From the IMG/VR virus record IMGVR_UViG_3300025151_000024, positions 17,435 through 81,434 of that record: DNA of 64,000 nucleotides; one strand, 5' to 3'. Origin of the DNA: a virus. Positions within the stretch are counted from its first letter, which is position 1; each line of letters starts with the position of its first letter. Below the pieces are notes generated by a model, which did no database searches, was not told the DNA's origin, and saw only the letters and a list, made by a program, of their open reading frames with translations. The position numbers and the translations under genes were made by a program. This document shows, piece after piece, positions 39,123 to 49,082 of this stretch.

Positions 39123-42100
39123 TTAAGACAACTTTTGTTTTTTCTCTTTCAATCGCTTTCTTTCTGCTTCAGGATATGGTTCTTCAGGGTCTTCAGTGGA
39201 CCGTTCTCGCATATCCCAATCAGGTACTGTTTGTTCAGAATTCAAAGTAGTCGGACCTCTAGGTGAAGAATTGGGTGTGCCCACATCTATACCCATACCT
39301 TTAGCGCCAGTTGTGTTGAACATTTGTTCTTTTTCTATCAAATCCATAGCCCTTTCCATAACTTCTAAGGCTTTCTGCATTTTAGGTTTTAAGAGTCTAG
39401 ATTCGTCTTTAGGCTTCAAAATCCCAGCACTTTGCTCTTCTGAAATCTTTTTTCGATGTTCTGTTTCTTCTTCAGAAGGGATTGCTTCTTCAGTTTCTAT
39501 GGGTAATTTTTCGACTTTTCCTTTCAACATCAAACTAGCAACTTGTCCCCAATATGGTTTGAGGCTTTCACTTAATTCAATACTGTAATCGCCTAAACCA
39601 ACATCAGATAGAACAGTTGTAGGACTATCTACCCAATATCCAAGAGATGATTTGTTTAAGGTGTAATATACTTCATCTTGCGGAAGTGTAATCTTTAGTT
39701 TATCATCTTCAATATCTATGTCGTGTGGTACATGGATTGGCGGTAATGCTTTTGCAATGATAGACAAAGTTTCCATCGAAACCCCACCTTCTCCCACACC
39801 TTCCCCTACTAAACGGCTAATTTGAACATCGTAAACATCTCTATCATATCTAGAAACTCGGCTAACTCCGCTGAATCTAACTCTAACAACATCTCCTTCT
39901 TCAAACGGCTTATTGCTAGTTACAGTCCCAACATCAACAAATGTTTCCCCTTCTTTCTCAACTGCTCTATTCCCTAGACCTTCTGAATCTATTACAGGGC
40001 CAGCACCTAATCTGTAAGTGTAAGGATTATTTCCTCTTCTATCTAAAACAACGAGGTTCATATCCTTATTACGCCTTAACAAAACCCACTTTGGATGTCT
40101 TTTCTCACCACGCATATAGGTACTCTTACCATCTTTCAAAATCACAGCAGGATGTTCTTTGAGTAGAGTTTCTACTGCATCTTTCAATCCTTCATCGTCT
40201 GTAAATCTAGTATCATGAGGTCCAGCAATTAACACTTTTTCGTGACTATCAAATTGACCTCTTAGAATTTTGAAACGCTCTCTAACAGTCATTTCCATAA
40301 CATCTGAACCGTCATAATGAAGGATATCGCTAATGTGTAAATTTTCTTTTGTTAGCACACCATCTAATGTACAATCTCTCTCACCTAGATTTTTGACTCC
40401 ATTTCTAGCCCAATCAGGAATTGCAGTTCTTGTACCGCTTTCATCATAAGCAGTAACCCTATTTCCTTTCTTTGTAAGTATCAATCTTTTACCTTCGTAA
40501 TACTTAGAAATAGCCCAAGACCCAGTAAAACCTCTTAATTCCTGTAACTGTTTTAATTTGAAAATCCTATGCATTGGTCTGATTGGGGGTATCCAACTTG
40601 GTTCTTTATCACCTTTTAGCAAAGAATCAGGATTCAGTAATGCTACTGCGTATTCAGCAGGTTCACTTGCTAATAATCTAGCAGGGTCATCTAAGATACT
40701 CATACTAGTTTGACCTAAAGCGGTTGTAGGGATTTCGACATTACTAAGTGGTTGCTGAAGTGGCTCCCCTTCAGTTAAAGCATATTGATTACCATAATCT
40801 GCCCCAAAAGCAGCAGTTATATGGTTAGGGTTTGCTGGTCTAAGTGATTCAGTTTGATTTGTAGAGTGGAATGTAGGAGTACCTGTTTCAAAAGAAAAAC
40901 GCCCTTGAGGAGTTACATTTACTCCACTTTTATGTGAAGCGCCGTAGATATTAGTAACCTTAGCACCTTCTTCATTAAATGGAGTAACTGGTTGAATTAC
41001 ACTACCTTTGGCTCTGCGTTTTTCAGTTACATAATCGTCAGTTAACTGAGTACCATCATAAAGAACTAAACCTCTAGAAGCATGAATAGCATCACCATGT
41101 TGGTGTTTTCTGTTAGTGTATCTGTGTCCTAATGAACTAGTAAATGGTGTAGTTCCATCATCATTCATATCCGCTTCAATTAATGATAACCCATGCTCAC
41201 CAAAACCAGCAGTGTTTTTGATATCAGTAATTTTGTTTAAATTATTTAGCGGTGTTGATGCCCTGTATTCAAATGGTGTCTCTTCGTCTATTAGAGTGAT
41301 AAGTTCTCCTACTTTTCCTTGAACAGCGTAAATCATTTCATCTAAATTATTAACATCAGCATCTATTCCTAATTCTTCTACTTTCCTTGCAATCCTTCTT
41401 TTTGCTAATTCGGGATTTCTTTCTTTAGTGTTTTGAACGGATGTAAGTAACCCAATTAGACCTTGCATTTCTCTTTCAGTTGGTCTTAATTTATTCATTC
41501 TTTCAAATTCAGGAGTATCTCTTTTACCTCTTTTTACTGCCTCCTTCATTCTATCTTCTATTGTAGTGTATTTGCTAAATTGACCATGATTATCATAAAT
41601 TTCAGAATCATAATCTTCTTCAATCCCTGACGCTTCATGGGCTATATTCTTTACAGATTGAATAAATCTCTCTTCACCATCAGGGATTGTTGAAAGTGTT
41701 TTATTCAAATGTTCTCTATGCTCAGAATCATTTGGAAAACCTAAATTTTCAATAATATCAGAAATAGGGGTTTTGTTAGTTACTATGAAACCATCTCGCA
41801 TTTTTTGTGATAAACCTCTTACATTTTCATGAACAGGTAAAGAAGTAGTTTCTAGCCCGAAATCTCTAGTAGTGGGTGAAAGACCCTCAACACCCTCATA
41901 ATAATCACTGGGTAAACGATGTAAGGCTAAATTAGCATCAGCAAACAAAGCGGCCATATTTTGTTTAAATTTAGGATTATCTACGCTCAAATAATCAGGT
42001 GGTAATAATTCAGCAAGATGTTTTACCATATTTATGATGGTTAATGTATCATAATCTAATTTATCATTGAACGGACCTGACCTTATTTCTCTACTAGTTT

Positions 42101-44546
42101 TAATTTTATCTTCTAATTTAGCCTTATGGTCATCATTTATTCTTGACATTATATTTGCTTCATGTAAAGCATTTCTACCTGAAATACTATCTCGGTATAT
42201 TTGATTATCAAAAGTCTTAGCATAAATATCTTCAGCCCTTCTAGTTTCACCAGTATCATAATCGGTATATAATTCATAGGGGTCTAAAATATAAGGTAAA
42301 CTCATTGATATTTGCCCGCCATAAGGCTGTCTGCTATCTTTGTGTTTACTATTTAACCAATCATTCACCATATGAGCAGCAGTACTTTTTCCAAACTTTT
42401 CAAAAGCCTCTTGAGGTGTAAGACCACTTAAAGCATCAATAAAATTAGGATGAGTTGATTCTGTTAAATTTGTATTTTGAAGTCTTTTTGACGTACTTAA
42501 CTGTCTTTTAGGGTGTTGAAGAGAGTGTAATGAAAGGGTAGAAGATTCAGGATGTGGGTGAATTAAGAATCCAAATAATCCCTCCAATCCGTCCTTTACT
42601 GAAAATCTAGTTCCATCTATATTAGCGAATAACCCCTCTTCTGTCCCATACGCCGGGTCACTCACCATAGTTGGGCCGAGTAAAGAGTCAGCGAGAATAT
42701 GCCTATCTATCCCAGCAGCCGGTCCTAAAAATGGAGTAGCAAAATCATTAGCGGGGTAAACACCACCTAATTCTCTAACAGCATCTTGTATTTCAGGTGG
42801 TAAAGTGTGTAATTCTTTGTGAGGTTTATTACTACTAAAGAAAGAAAAACCGTCTTCTATTGAGCCTCTTTGAGCACCTATTTTTTGAAAATCTCCAATA
42901 TTACCAAGAATTTCATTCATATGTCTTGAATCTATCAGTGGGCCACTATGGTTTGGATAATGATGTTCACCCGCCTCAATTTCTTTTCCATTTTTATCAA
43001 ACCCTAATGAATACAAAAGAGACTCTTTGCTATGTTCTTTTTTCTCAGCCTCTTTTTCTTTTAATGTTGAAAACAAAGAGCCCCCAAAACCTTCACCTAA
43101 ATCTCTTTTTAATTTGTCAAAATCACTCTTTGTGAGTTTAGGAATATGACTTAAACTTCCTGTAAATTCTTCATCTAATCCTAAAGCGTCATGGATATTT
43201 TCTATGGCTCTTTCAACTAGAGGTGTGGTTTCTTCCCCTTCTTGAAAAGATATTTTTCCTTCATTATCAATATGTGCAGAATGTAAAGCCGCTAATAAGG
43301 AGGAGGATTCTTCGTAAATTTCGGGTTGTAAGGAATGTAAATTAGGTTTTACGTTATTTGGTCCTGAATGAATAGTCGAATTTTCAACATGACCTAGCAT
43401 ATTCGTTGCTCTCATACGCATATTTCGCTTTAGTCTACCCATAGGTAACTCAAAATTATCATCAAATTTTACAAATTGGTCTTTAGAATCTGATGTTTTA
43501 TCAATAAGATGTTCAAAAACTTTAGTTCGCTCTTCGGGGTTTAACCATTCTAAACCCATATGCCATGCTAAATCAGACAAATAAGATGGATGAGCCAAAT
43601 CTTTGGGCGTTCCGGTAGCAATTCCATAATAATCTGCTAATAACGGGTCAACCCCACCTTCAAACTCAGGTGTTACTTCTTCATTTTGCCATCCCTGCAT
43701 TCTATCAGCAAAATGACGTTTTCTTAAATCAAAATCGCTAGATAAACCATCATCATTTTCCTCTTTCCATCTCTCAAAATCTCTTTGATACATATCTTCT
43801 TCATGAGAAAGGGTATTTGCTGATTTTCCTGTATGTAATGAACCTAAAAATGGAATTTTGCCACTACTAAATTTGTGTGTACTGGCTTGTGTATGTGGAG
43901 TATTTTTATCGAGCCAAGACTCTACAGCGGTTTCAAAACTTTTCACTTTAGATGCACGATTAGGCTCTCCTTCTACTGGTGGTAAAAACCTCTTTGCAAG
44001 AATATGATATTTCCAAGGCAAACCGCTAGATGGTTCAATTTTATTTAATGGATTATGTTTTTTATCTAAAGGGTGTGAACCCCCAAAATGCCTTGACGAA
44101 TCTGCTTGAACTTCAAATGGGTAACCGTGAGAACGAGCGAGTCTATGTTTTATGTGCCCTTCCCTATCATCTAAAGGTAAATCCTTCTCAACGTGAGAAA
44201 CTATTCTTTTGTGCCAATGACTTGAAGGTGAGCCTTCTCTTCTTGAAGCGTGACCTTGGTGACGAGCAGACCTAAGTTCTCTTTTCTGTTGTCTAGTTAG
44301 TTTAGGTCTAGCCTCAGTAGAACTTATTCTCAAATAACCCTTCCTTTCTTTTTTAATTATGCTGTCGGCTAAAAAATCACAAACATCTTCTTTCCAAGTC
44401 TTTTCTAATTCAAACTCATGAGCATCTAAATTAGCCTTAGCGAAAGTGTATTCCACTAAGGAAGATTCTATGTCAGTGAAGTCATTAATGGAAGCAAGAA
44501 GGTTATCTCTTGCCCTCACAAATGTGTCGGTAGCATCTTCACGCAC
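39123..44546 (-). CDS. 1807-aa head-region protein with C-terminal degenerate ATP-dependent DNA ligase fold
   Basis: WAISKYYEGKRL, TLDGVL, ISDIL, ERFKIL, AVILKD, Y.RG.KRHPKWVLLR then OB-like DVGTV; ligase motif order kept but catalytic residues altered. Confidence 0.75.
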   Translation of the reverse strand: MREDATDTFVRARDNLLASINDFTDIESSLVEYTFAKANLDAHEFELEKTWKEDVCDFLADSIIKKERKGYLRISSTEARPKLTRQQKRELRSARHQGHASRREGSPSSHWHKRIVSHVEKDLPLDDREGHIKHRLARSHGYPFEVQADSSRHFGGSHPLDKKHNPLNKIEPSSGLPWKYHILAKRFLPPVEGEPNRASKVKSFETAVESWLDKNTPHTQASTHKFSSGKIPFLGSLHTGKSANTLSHEEDMYQRDFERWKEENDDGLSSDFDLRKRHFADRMQGWQNEEVTPEFEGGVDPLLADYYGIATGTPKDLAHPSYLSDLAWHMGLEWLNPEERTKVFEHLIDKTSDSKDQFVKFDDNFELPMGRLKRNMRMRATNMLGHVENSTIHSGPNNVKPNLHSLQPEIYEESSSLLAALHSAHIDNEGKISFQEGEETTPLVERAIENIHDALGLDEEFTGSLSHIPKLTKSDFDKLKRDLGEGFGGSLFSTLKEKEAEKKEHSKESLLYSLGFDKNGKEIEAGEHHYPNHSGPLIDSRHMNEILGNIGDFQKIGAQRGSIEDGFSFFSSNKPHKELHTLPPEIQDAVRELGGVYPANDFATPFLGPAAGIDRHILADSLLGPTMVSDPAYGTEEGLFANIDGTRFSVKDGLEGLFGFLIHPHPESSTLSLHSLQHPKRQLSTSKRLQNTNLTESTHPNFIDALSGLTPQEAFEKFGKSTAAHMVNDWLNSKHKDSRQPYGGQISMSLPYILDPYELYTDYDTGETRRAEDIYAKTFDNQIYRDSISGRNALHEANIMSRINDDHKAKLEDKIKTSREIRSGPFNDKLDYDTLTIINMVKHLAELLPPDYLSVDNPKFKQNMAALFADANLALHRLPSDYYEGVEGLSPTTRDFGLETTSLPVHENVRGLSQKMRDGFIVTNKTPISDIIENLGFPNDSEHREHLNKTLSTIPDGEERFIQSVKNIAHEASGIEEDYDSEIYDNHGQFSKYTTIEDRMKEAVKRGKRDTPEFERMNKLRPTEREMQGLIGLLTSVQNTKERNPELAKRRIARKVEELGIDADVNNLDEMIYAVQGKVGELITLIDEETPFEYRASTPLNNLNKITDIKNTAGFGEHGLSLIEADMNDDGTTPFTSSLGHRYTNRKHQHGDAIHASRGLVLYDGTQLTDDYVTEKRRAKGSVIQPVTPFNEEGAKVTNIYGASHKSGVNVTPQGRFSFETGTPTFHSTNQTESLRPANPNHITAAFGADYGNQYALTEGEPLQQPLSNVEIPTTALGQTSMSILDDPARLLASEPAEYAVALLNPDSLLKGDKEPSWIPPIRPMHRIFKLKQLQELRGFTGSWAISKYYEGKRLILTKKGNRVTAYDESGTRTAIPDWARNGVKNLGERDCTLDGVLTKENLHISDILHYDGSDVMEMTVRERFKILRGQFDSHEKVLIAGPHDTRFTDDEGLKDAVETLLKEHPAVILKDGKSTYMRGEKRHPKWVLLRRNKDMNLVVLDRRGNNPYTYRLGAGPVIDSEGLGNRAVEKEGETFVDVGTVTSNKPFEEGDVVRVRFSGVSRVSRYDRDVYDVQISRLVGEGVGEGGVSMETLSIIAKALPPIHVPHDIDIEDDKLKITLPQDEVYYTLNKSSLGYWVDSPTTVLSDVGLGDYSIELSESLKPYWGQVASLMLKGKVEKLPIETEEAIPSEEETEHRKKISEEQSAGILKPKDESRLLKPKMQKALEVMERAMDLIEKEQMFNTTGAKGMGIDVGTPNSSPRGPTTLNSEQTVPDWDMRERSTEDPEEPYPEAERKRLKEKKQKLS

Positions 44547-44560
44547 ACACTACCCACCCT

Positions 44561-44989
44561 TCATTCAGTTGTTGGTGTTTTCCCACCACTGGTTATCTCG
44601 TGACTCTCTACTGGTCGGTCATGAGTATTAACACGAGCAGACAAAGCATCCATGTTATAGGATTCAGATGTTGCTCCCTTATTTGCCACATCTTCTGCAT
44701 CTAAAGTGTAGTTGTTAGTGGTATAGTAAGCGTTTCTTGTTTGACCGCCGGATTCTGCGACAAAAGTTACATCTTGAGGCTCTGTGTTAAAAGAAGTAGA
44801 GAAATCAGGCTGAGCCTTAGCCATAGTGCCACAACCAGCCTTCATGCAACCCATTTTATTGACGGTTTCGCCACATTCAGGGCAAACTTTAGCCTTCTCT
44901 AAGGCGTCTGCTCTTTCTAATAATTGCTGTGCTTTTTGAAACATAGCAACTGCTTCGTCACTTACATCAGTATATCTCGGTCTTACCAT
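44561..44989 (-). CDS. Hypothetical head-region protein with CxxC motif
   Basis: CPECG...C...C flanked by LEK-A and MAK-A; between portal and protease. Confidence 0.55.
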   Translation of the reverse strand: MVRPRYTDVSDEAVAMFQKAQQLLERADALEKAKVCPECGETVNKMGCMKAGCGTMAKAQPDFSTSFNTEPQDVTFVAESGGQTRNAYYTTNNYTLDAEDVANKGATSESYNMDALSARVNTHDRPVESHEITSGGKTPTTE

Positions 44990-44990
44990 A

Positions 44991-45329
44991 TCAGTACAAC
45001 TCCAGCGGCGGTTTTACATTTTCAGCCATTTCGTGAATGTCTTCCCAACTCATTTCATGAATTTCTTCGTTGGTATAATTGTTCAAATCTGAGTTATCAC
45101 TCTTCATTATAGCCTCATCATTTCGGAATGGGTCGGCTTCAACATCTTCCGAAAGTGGGGTATTTACCCTAACAAAGCCTGATTTTCTTAGGATTGCAGT
45201 AGGGTTGTTGAGCATTTTCTTAAGTTGTTGATTTTCCCTTTGCACAGCCTTGATATCGTTATCCATAGTTTCCATTTTGGAAATCAGAGCACTCATAAGT
45301 TGCTCTTCTGTGCTAGGTTCTTCACTCAT
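44991..45329 (-). CDS. Small scaffold-like coiled-coil protein
   Basis: N-terminal coiled coil; C-terminal EIHEMSWEDIHEMA matches the scaffold end DLGNMSWDEVHNLA. Confidence 0.6.
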   Translation of the reverse strand: MSEEPSTEEQLMSALISKMETMDNDIKAVQRENQQLKKMLNNPTAILRKSGFVRVNTPLSEDVEADPFRNDEAIMKSDNSDLNNYTNEEIHEMSWEDIHEMAENVKPPLELY

Positions 45330-45338
45330 TTACTTCAC

Positions 45339-45701
45339 CTACTGTGGTCTAAATCCGCCATATGTTCCTGTATGTGGGCGCATTTGGTGGTTAGTACGAG
45401 CAGGGATGACTGTACCGGGTAAAACTCGGTCTCTTTGTGCTGTGTCGAAATTTGCACCTCTTTCATTGAATTTCATTACTGGAACTCCACTAGCGAATTC
45501 ATTTAGTGGGTTTTCGTTCTCAGCCTTTTCAATTGTGAAATGCAAGTCATCGTTCAAGAAAGTTCCAACTTTTAGAACCTCTTGGAGATGTGATTTTGCT
45601 AGTTCAGCATCACCATCATCAATTGCTCTAGAGAGCGCTTTTACGTGTACATCCATCTTTCTTGCAAACGAGTCCATCTTGGCTATGTCCATGATACTCA
45701 A
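45339..45701 (-). CDS. Hypothetical head-region protein
   Basis: Helical hairpin N-half; directly after portal. Confidence 0.55.
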   Translation of the reverse strand: MSIMDIAKMDSFARKMDVHVKALSRAIDDGDAELAKSHLQEVLKVGTFLNDDLHFTIEKAENENPLNEFASGVPVMKFNERGANFDTAQRDRVLPGTVIPARTNHQMRPHTGTYGGFRPQ

Positions 45702-45731
45702 CCCACCGACTACATACTCACTTAATTACAC

Positions 45732-47459
45732 TTATGCTCCACGAGGCCTTCTAGAGTCTATCAAAGCGTTAGAAACGTTCTGTGCTAAAGTAGGGTCGCC
45801 ACCTCTTTGTTGGACACTTGAGACTGGTGAACCCGAACCTGCGGTCGCTCTTCTTTCAGGAGAGGCTGGTCCCCTTGGAGTTCTTAGACCGACCCCTTCC
45901 CCACCGGGTTGTGAACCGGGCATCACTCGTTGCATTACTTGTGGAGGGACTCCTTGTGGAGGCATTCCTTGTGGCATTCCTCCTTGCGGTGGCATACCAG
46001 TCATAGGTGGTGCACCACCAGCAGGTTGCTGTTGCATTTCAGCACCTTCTTGTTTTCGATAAACGAATCTAATATCACGCTTTCCTTCTTCCAATAATTC
46101 AGGTTGATAACCTAGCATCATCATTCTTTGTGCCAAGTTAGCCTCCATCTCATCACGGCGTAATCTAGTAATTTCGTCTTCTTCTTCGTTTGGATACAAT
46201 GTTAGTTTCCAATCGTAAACATTCATTTCCTTTAGCATACGAGGGAATAGAACCTCAGTGTACACTTTCTGTCCAAATTCAACTGCCCTATTGGTAACTA
46301 AGATTTGCATACCTTCGTTGTTTAACCCACCTGATTTACCATTATCAATCATAAATATAGCACTCACACCATAATAAGCGGCTATTCTGTTACGAATTTC
46401 ATCTCTTACGGCGATATACTGCATCTCTTCAAGAGTATCCATGAACTTAACCCAGTTCACACCGCCACGGCCTGAAGAAGATTCAATACCAACTTTAGGA
46501 ACATAATGTGGGTCTCTTTCCATCTTTTCGTCAACAGACTTCCAAAAAGACTTCATTGATTCAAGATTATCTGTGGTAACCGAAATAATACCTTTTGGAA
46601 TTCTTCGCTTTTGATATGCGGTGTACATATAATTGTCCATTGCAGTAAGAGTCATTGCTTGTCTCCACATTGTATTTACTGGACTCTTTCCGTAAAGTTT
46701 GGAAGGATTGTACTTACTTATGTGGATAACTTCTCCCTTGATGTAATACTGAGTTTTACCACTTCCAGCCATATTGACATAGTGAGCGTCTTCCATTTCT
46801 GAGCCGCAGACTTGACACTTATCTTCTTGACCGGGATAAGAAACTTCACTTCTGTGGAGTGGGCACACCTTGTACCTCCCACCACGAACACCTCTCTTAT
46901 CTGCTACAATTCTCATAAATATAGGGTCACCACGCATGATATCTTTCACACGATAAAACTCTATTTCACCACTATCAGGATTGACGAAGTACTCTTTTAT
47001 GAGAATTAAAAATGCATCATCTACAATGTTAAGGTCGTTTTCAATTTCTTGAAGGACATTCATAAATGACTGTTCCATACTGTTTTCTTGTCTTAACAAC
47101 CACTTAGGATAGATAATTTCCTGAGCATCCGGTCCTCTAACTTCTCCATCACACAATTTACAAAAATCAACAGAATGCTGGTATTCTTCACCACAATCAA
47201 CACATTTCTTTTCAAATGACTTTTCCCAGTAATATCCTCTTCGGAACACTTCTTGACTTAATTTAGATAAAACTGTCCTCAAAATTAAATTTTCACGAGA
47301 TACAGCATATAGCGCTGGTAACGTAATCCCTTGAGCGAGAACTGGCTCTTGAATACCAGTTGTGTAAAGTGGCATCTGCGGTTGAGGAGTAGTTCTCCTT
47401 CGGAAAGGAGAAGAAAGGGCTGACAGGAATCTACTCACTCTACTTTCATCGTCTGCCAT
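45732..47459 (-). CDS. Portal protein
   Basis: EVIHI...LYGKSP, IPKGII, EMQYI..R....NRIAAYYGVS HK97-like portal motifs; two Cys-cluster insertions; Pro/Gln/Gly tail; start moved to MADDES. Confidence 0.88.
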   Translation of the reverse strand: MADDESRVSRFLSALSSPFRRRTTPQPQMPLYTTGIQEPVLAQGITLPALYAVSRENLILRTVLSKLSQEVFRRGYYWEKSFEKKCVDCGEEYQHSVDFCKLCDGEVRGPDAQEIIYPKWLLRQENSMEQSFMNVLQEIENDLNIVDDAFLILIKEYFVNPDSGEIEFYRVKDIMRGDPIFMRIVADKRGVRGGRYKVCPLHRSEVSYPGQEDKCQVCGSEMEDAHYVNMAGSGKTQYYIKGEVIHISKYNPSKLYGKSPVNTMWRQAMTLTAMDNYMYTAYQKRRIPKGIISVTTDNLESMKSFWKSVDEKMERDPHYVPKVGIESSSGRGGVNWVKFMDTLEEMQYIAVRDEIRNRIAAYYGVSAIFMIDNGKSGGLNNEGMQILVTNRAVEFGQKVYTEVLFPRMLKEMNVYDWKLTLYPNEEEDEITRLRRDEMEANLAQRMMMLGYQPELLEEGKRDIRFVYRKQEGAEMQQQPAGGAPPMTGMPPQGGMPQGMPPQGVPPQVMQRVMPGSQPGGEGVGLRTPRGPASPERRATAGSGSPVSSVQQRGGDPTLAQNVSNALIDSRRPRGA

Positions 47460-48682
47460 CACAATCCCTCCGACCACTTAGCGATATCATCTGAACTACA
47501 ATCCCATTCTTGCAACAAAGAGTCGGCTTTCAAAGCATCATCTTTCCAGTTGTTATACCTCACGACCCGCTGCAATTCTGTCTTACGAAGAGGGTCTTCT
47601 TCATGGATGTATTGCAAAACAGCCTTTGCTTGAACGTCTTTCATTTTTAGATGCGGGAGTATAGATTTGAGTAATTTCTCAATATCCCCTTTGGAGTAAA
47701 ATTGTAGTCTATGCTGCGTTCTGTTGCTAGTTTTAGATATTTTTTGGTCTAATTGTAGAACTCCACAATCTAGAGTTTTGTGTAATTGTTCACAATGAGC
47801 CTTACCTCTTTGCCCAGTTGCAACGAAACCTGCTCTTGGCTCACCACGACCTGTAATTGTAATGTATCCGTCAGCGTCTAAGAATCCTGCTGCATAAGCA
47901 AAAGGGTCTTTCAGAATAAGACCATTTTTGTCCATCTTCACAAAAGTGCCCTTTTTCACACCCTGCGTCACATCAACTTCTTCTCCATACATTTGGAGTA
48001 ATTTTGATAATTTGGAGGCTGTCATACTTTTATGGAGAATATTCTCATCTGTAAGAGATTCAAATATAGCACGAGAACCCATTGGTCCATTCATTTGAAG
48101 AACTTCTGCGGATTTTTCTATAGTTTCACGGTCTTTTTGATTTAATTTATCTATTTGATGAAGAGATGTTTTCCACATTTTTCGGGCTTCAGTACGCATT
48201 TTCATAGCACTAGCCCATGCATTTTGCTCTTCTTCTCCCCAAACATCTTCAAATTCATCTAAAGTTTTGAGAGTTTCATCTGCTTTTTCCCAAAGCAAAC
48301 AAGCCTTGACGAGTCCGACTTCTCTAGAATCTGAAAATCTTCTTAGACTTTTCAAATCTCTATCGCTTAATCCTAAATTACGAAGTGTTTGTTGTCGCTC
48401 TTCTGCCCACGGAATTTGGTTCAATGTAGCCTCTACTTCTAACCTTTTGAGTAATCTAATATCAGAAATCACATCGTCAATGTCGTATTTTGCATCTTTG
48501 TGAATTCTACGCATTTTGCGTAGTTTATCCACAAAATCAGCAGCACTACACCCTAAATGTGTCTCAAACCACCCTTCTCCTGTATTAGAAAAGAATGATT
48601 GTTTTATTACTACTGGTGTTTCTTTTTCGGGTTGGGATTTCTCGATAGGATAGGAGTCTTCAAGAAATGCGCTACCCCACAT
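47459..48682 (-). CDS. LAGLIDADG-domain protein with long helical N-terminal region
   Basis: AYAAGFLDADGYI, and LLKSILPHLKMK..QA as in the C-terminal part of LAGLIDADG domains. Confidence 0.8.
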   Translation of the reverse strand: MWGSAFLEDSYPIEKSQPEKETPVVIKQSFFSNTGEGWFETHLGCSAADFVDKLRKMRRIHKDAKYDIDDVISDIRLLKRLEVEATLNQIPWAEERQQTLRNLGLSDRDLKSLRRFSDSREVGLVKACLLWEKADETLKTLDEFEDVWGEEEQNAWASAMKMRTEARKMWKTSLHQIDKLNQKDRETIEKSAEVLQMNGPMGSRAIFESLTDENILHKSMTASKLSKLLQMYGEEVDVTQGVKKGTFVKMDKNGLILKDPFAYAAGFLDADGYITITGRGEPRAGFVATGQRGKAHCEQLHKTLDCGVLQLDQKISKTSNRTQHRLQFYSKGDIEKLLKSILPHLKMKDVQAKAVLQYIHEEDPLRKTELQRVVRYNNWKDDALKADSLLQEWDCSSDDIAKWSEGL

Positions 48683-48768
48683 ACTAATTGACCCCTTAAA
48701 TGACCTTTATGTATGTTCCTATCTCCACCATGTCGTATTGATATTTTCTTCTTCGATTATAGTTAAAT

Positions 48769-49074
48769 TCAACAGTTCCACCTCTTTAGTGCTGCACCTT
48801 TCGGCGTTAATTTACCCTTTTTACTTGTCGGCCCTTTAACACCAGTCATACGTGCACAGAATGACTTTCTTCTTTTTGCGGCCTTACTACCACGCTTGAG
48901 TTTACTCGGTTTCTTAGTTACAGGTCTTTTGAGATTAGCACCTGTTGTTCTTTTGAAATGTGCTCTACCTTTGGCACTTAAGCCACCAGTCTTTGCGTGT
49001 TTCTTAGGATTATATCCATGAAATGGCTTGTTTTTAGATTTCAAAAATTCCCAACTTTCCTCAAATGCATCCAT
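48769..49074 (-). CDS. Small basic phage protein (GGL..KGR...RRKSFCARM type, DUF6321-like) with AFxxxWxxLK leader
   Basis: MDAFEESWEFLKS then GGLSAKGR...NLKRP...RRKSFCARM...ALKRWNC. Confidence 0.75.
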   Translation of the reverse strand: MDAFEESWEFLKSKNKPFHGYNPKKHAKTGGLSAKGRAHFKRTTGANLKRPVTKKPSKLKRGSKAAKRRKSFCARMTGVKGPTSKKGKLTPKGAALKRWNC

Positions 49075-49082
49075 TTAATCAC

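Noticed and set aside
39123-44546. Annotation as an active replicative DNA ligase
   Set aside because: Catalytic motifs are altered and the context is head assembly; kept only as ligase-like
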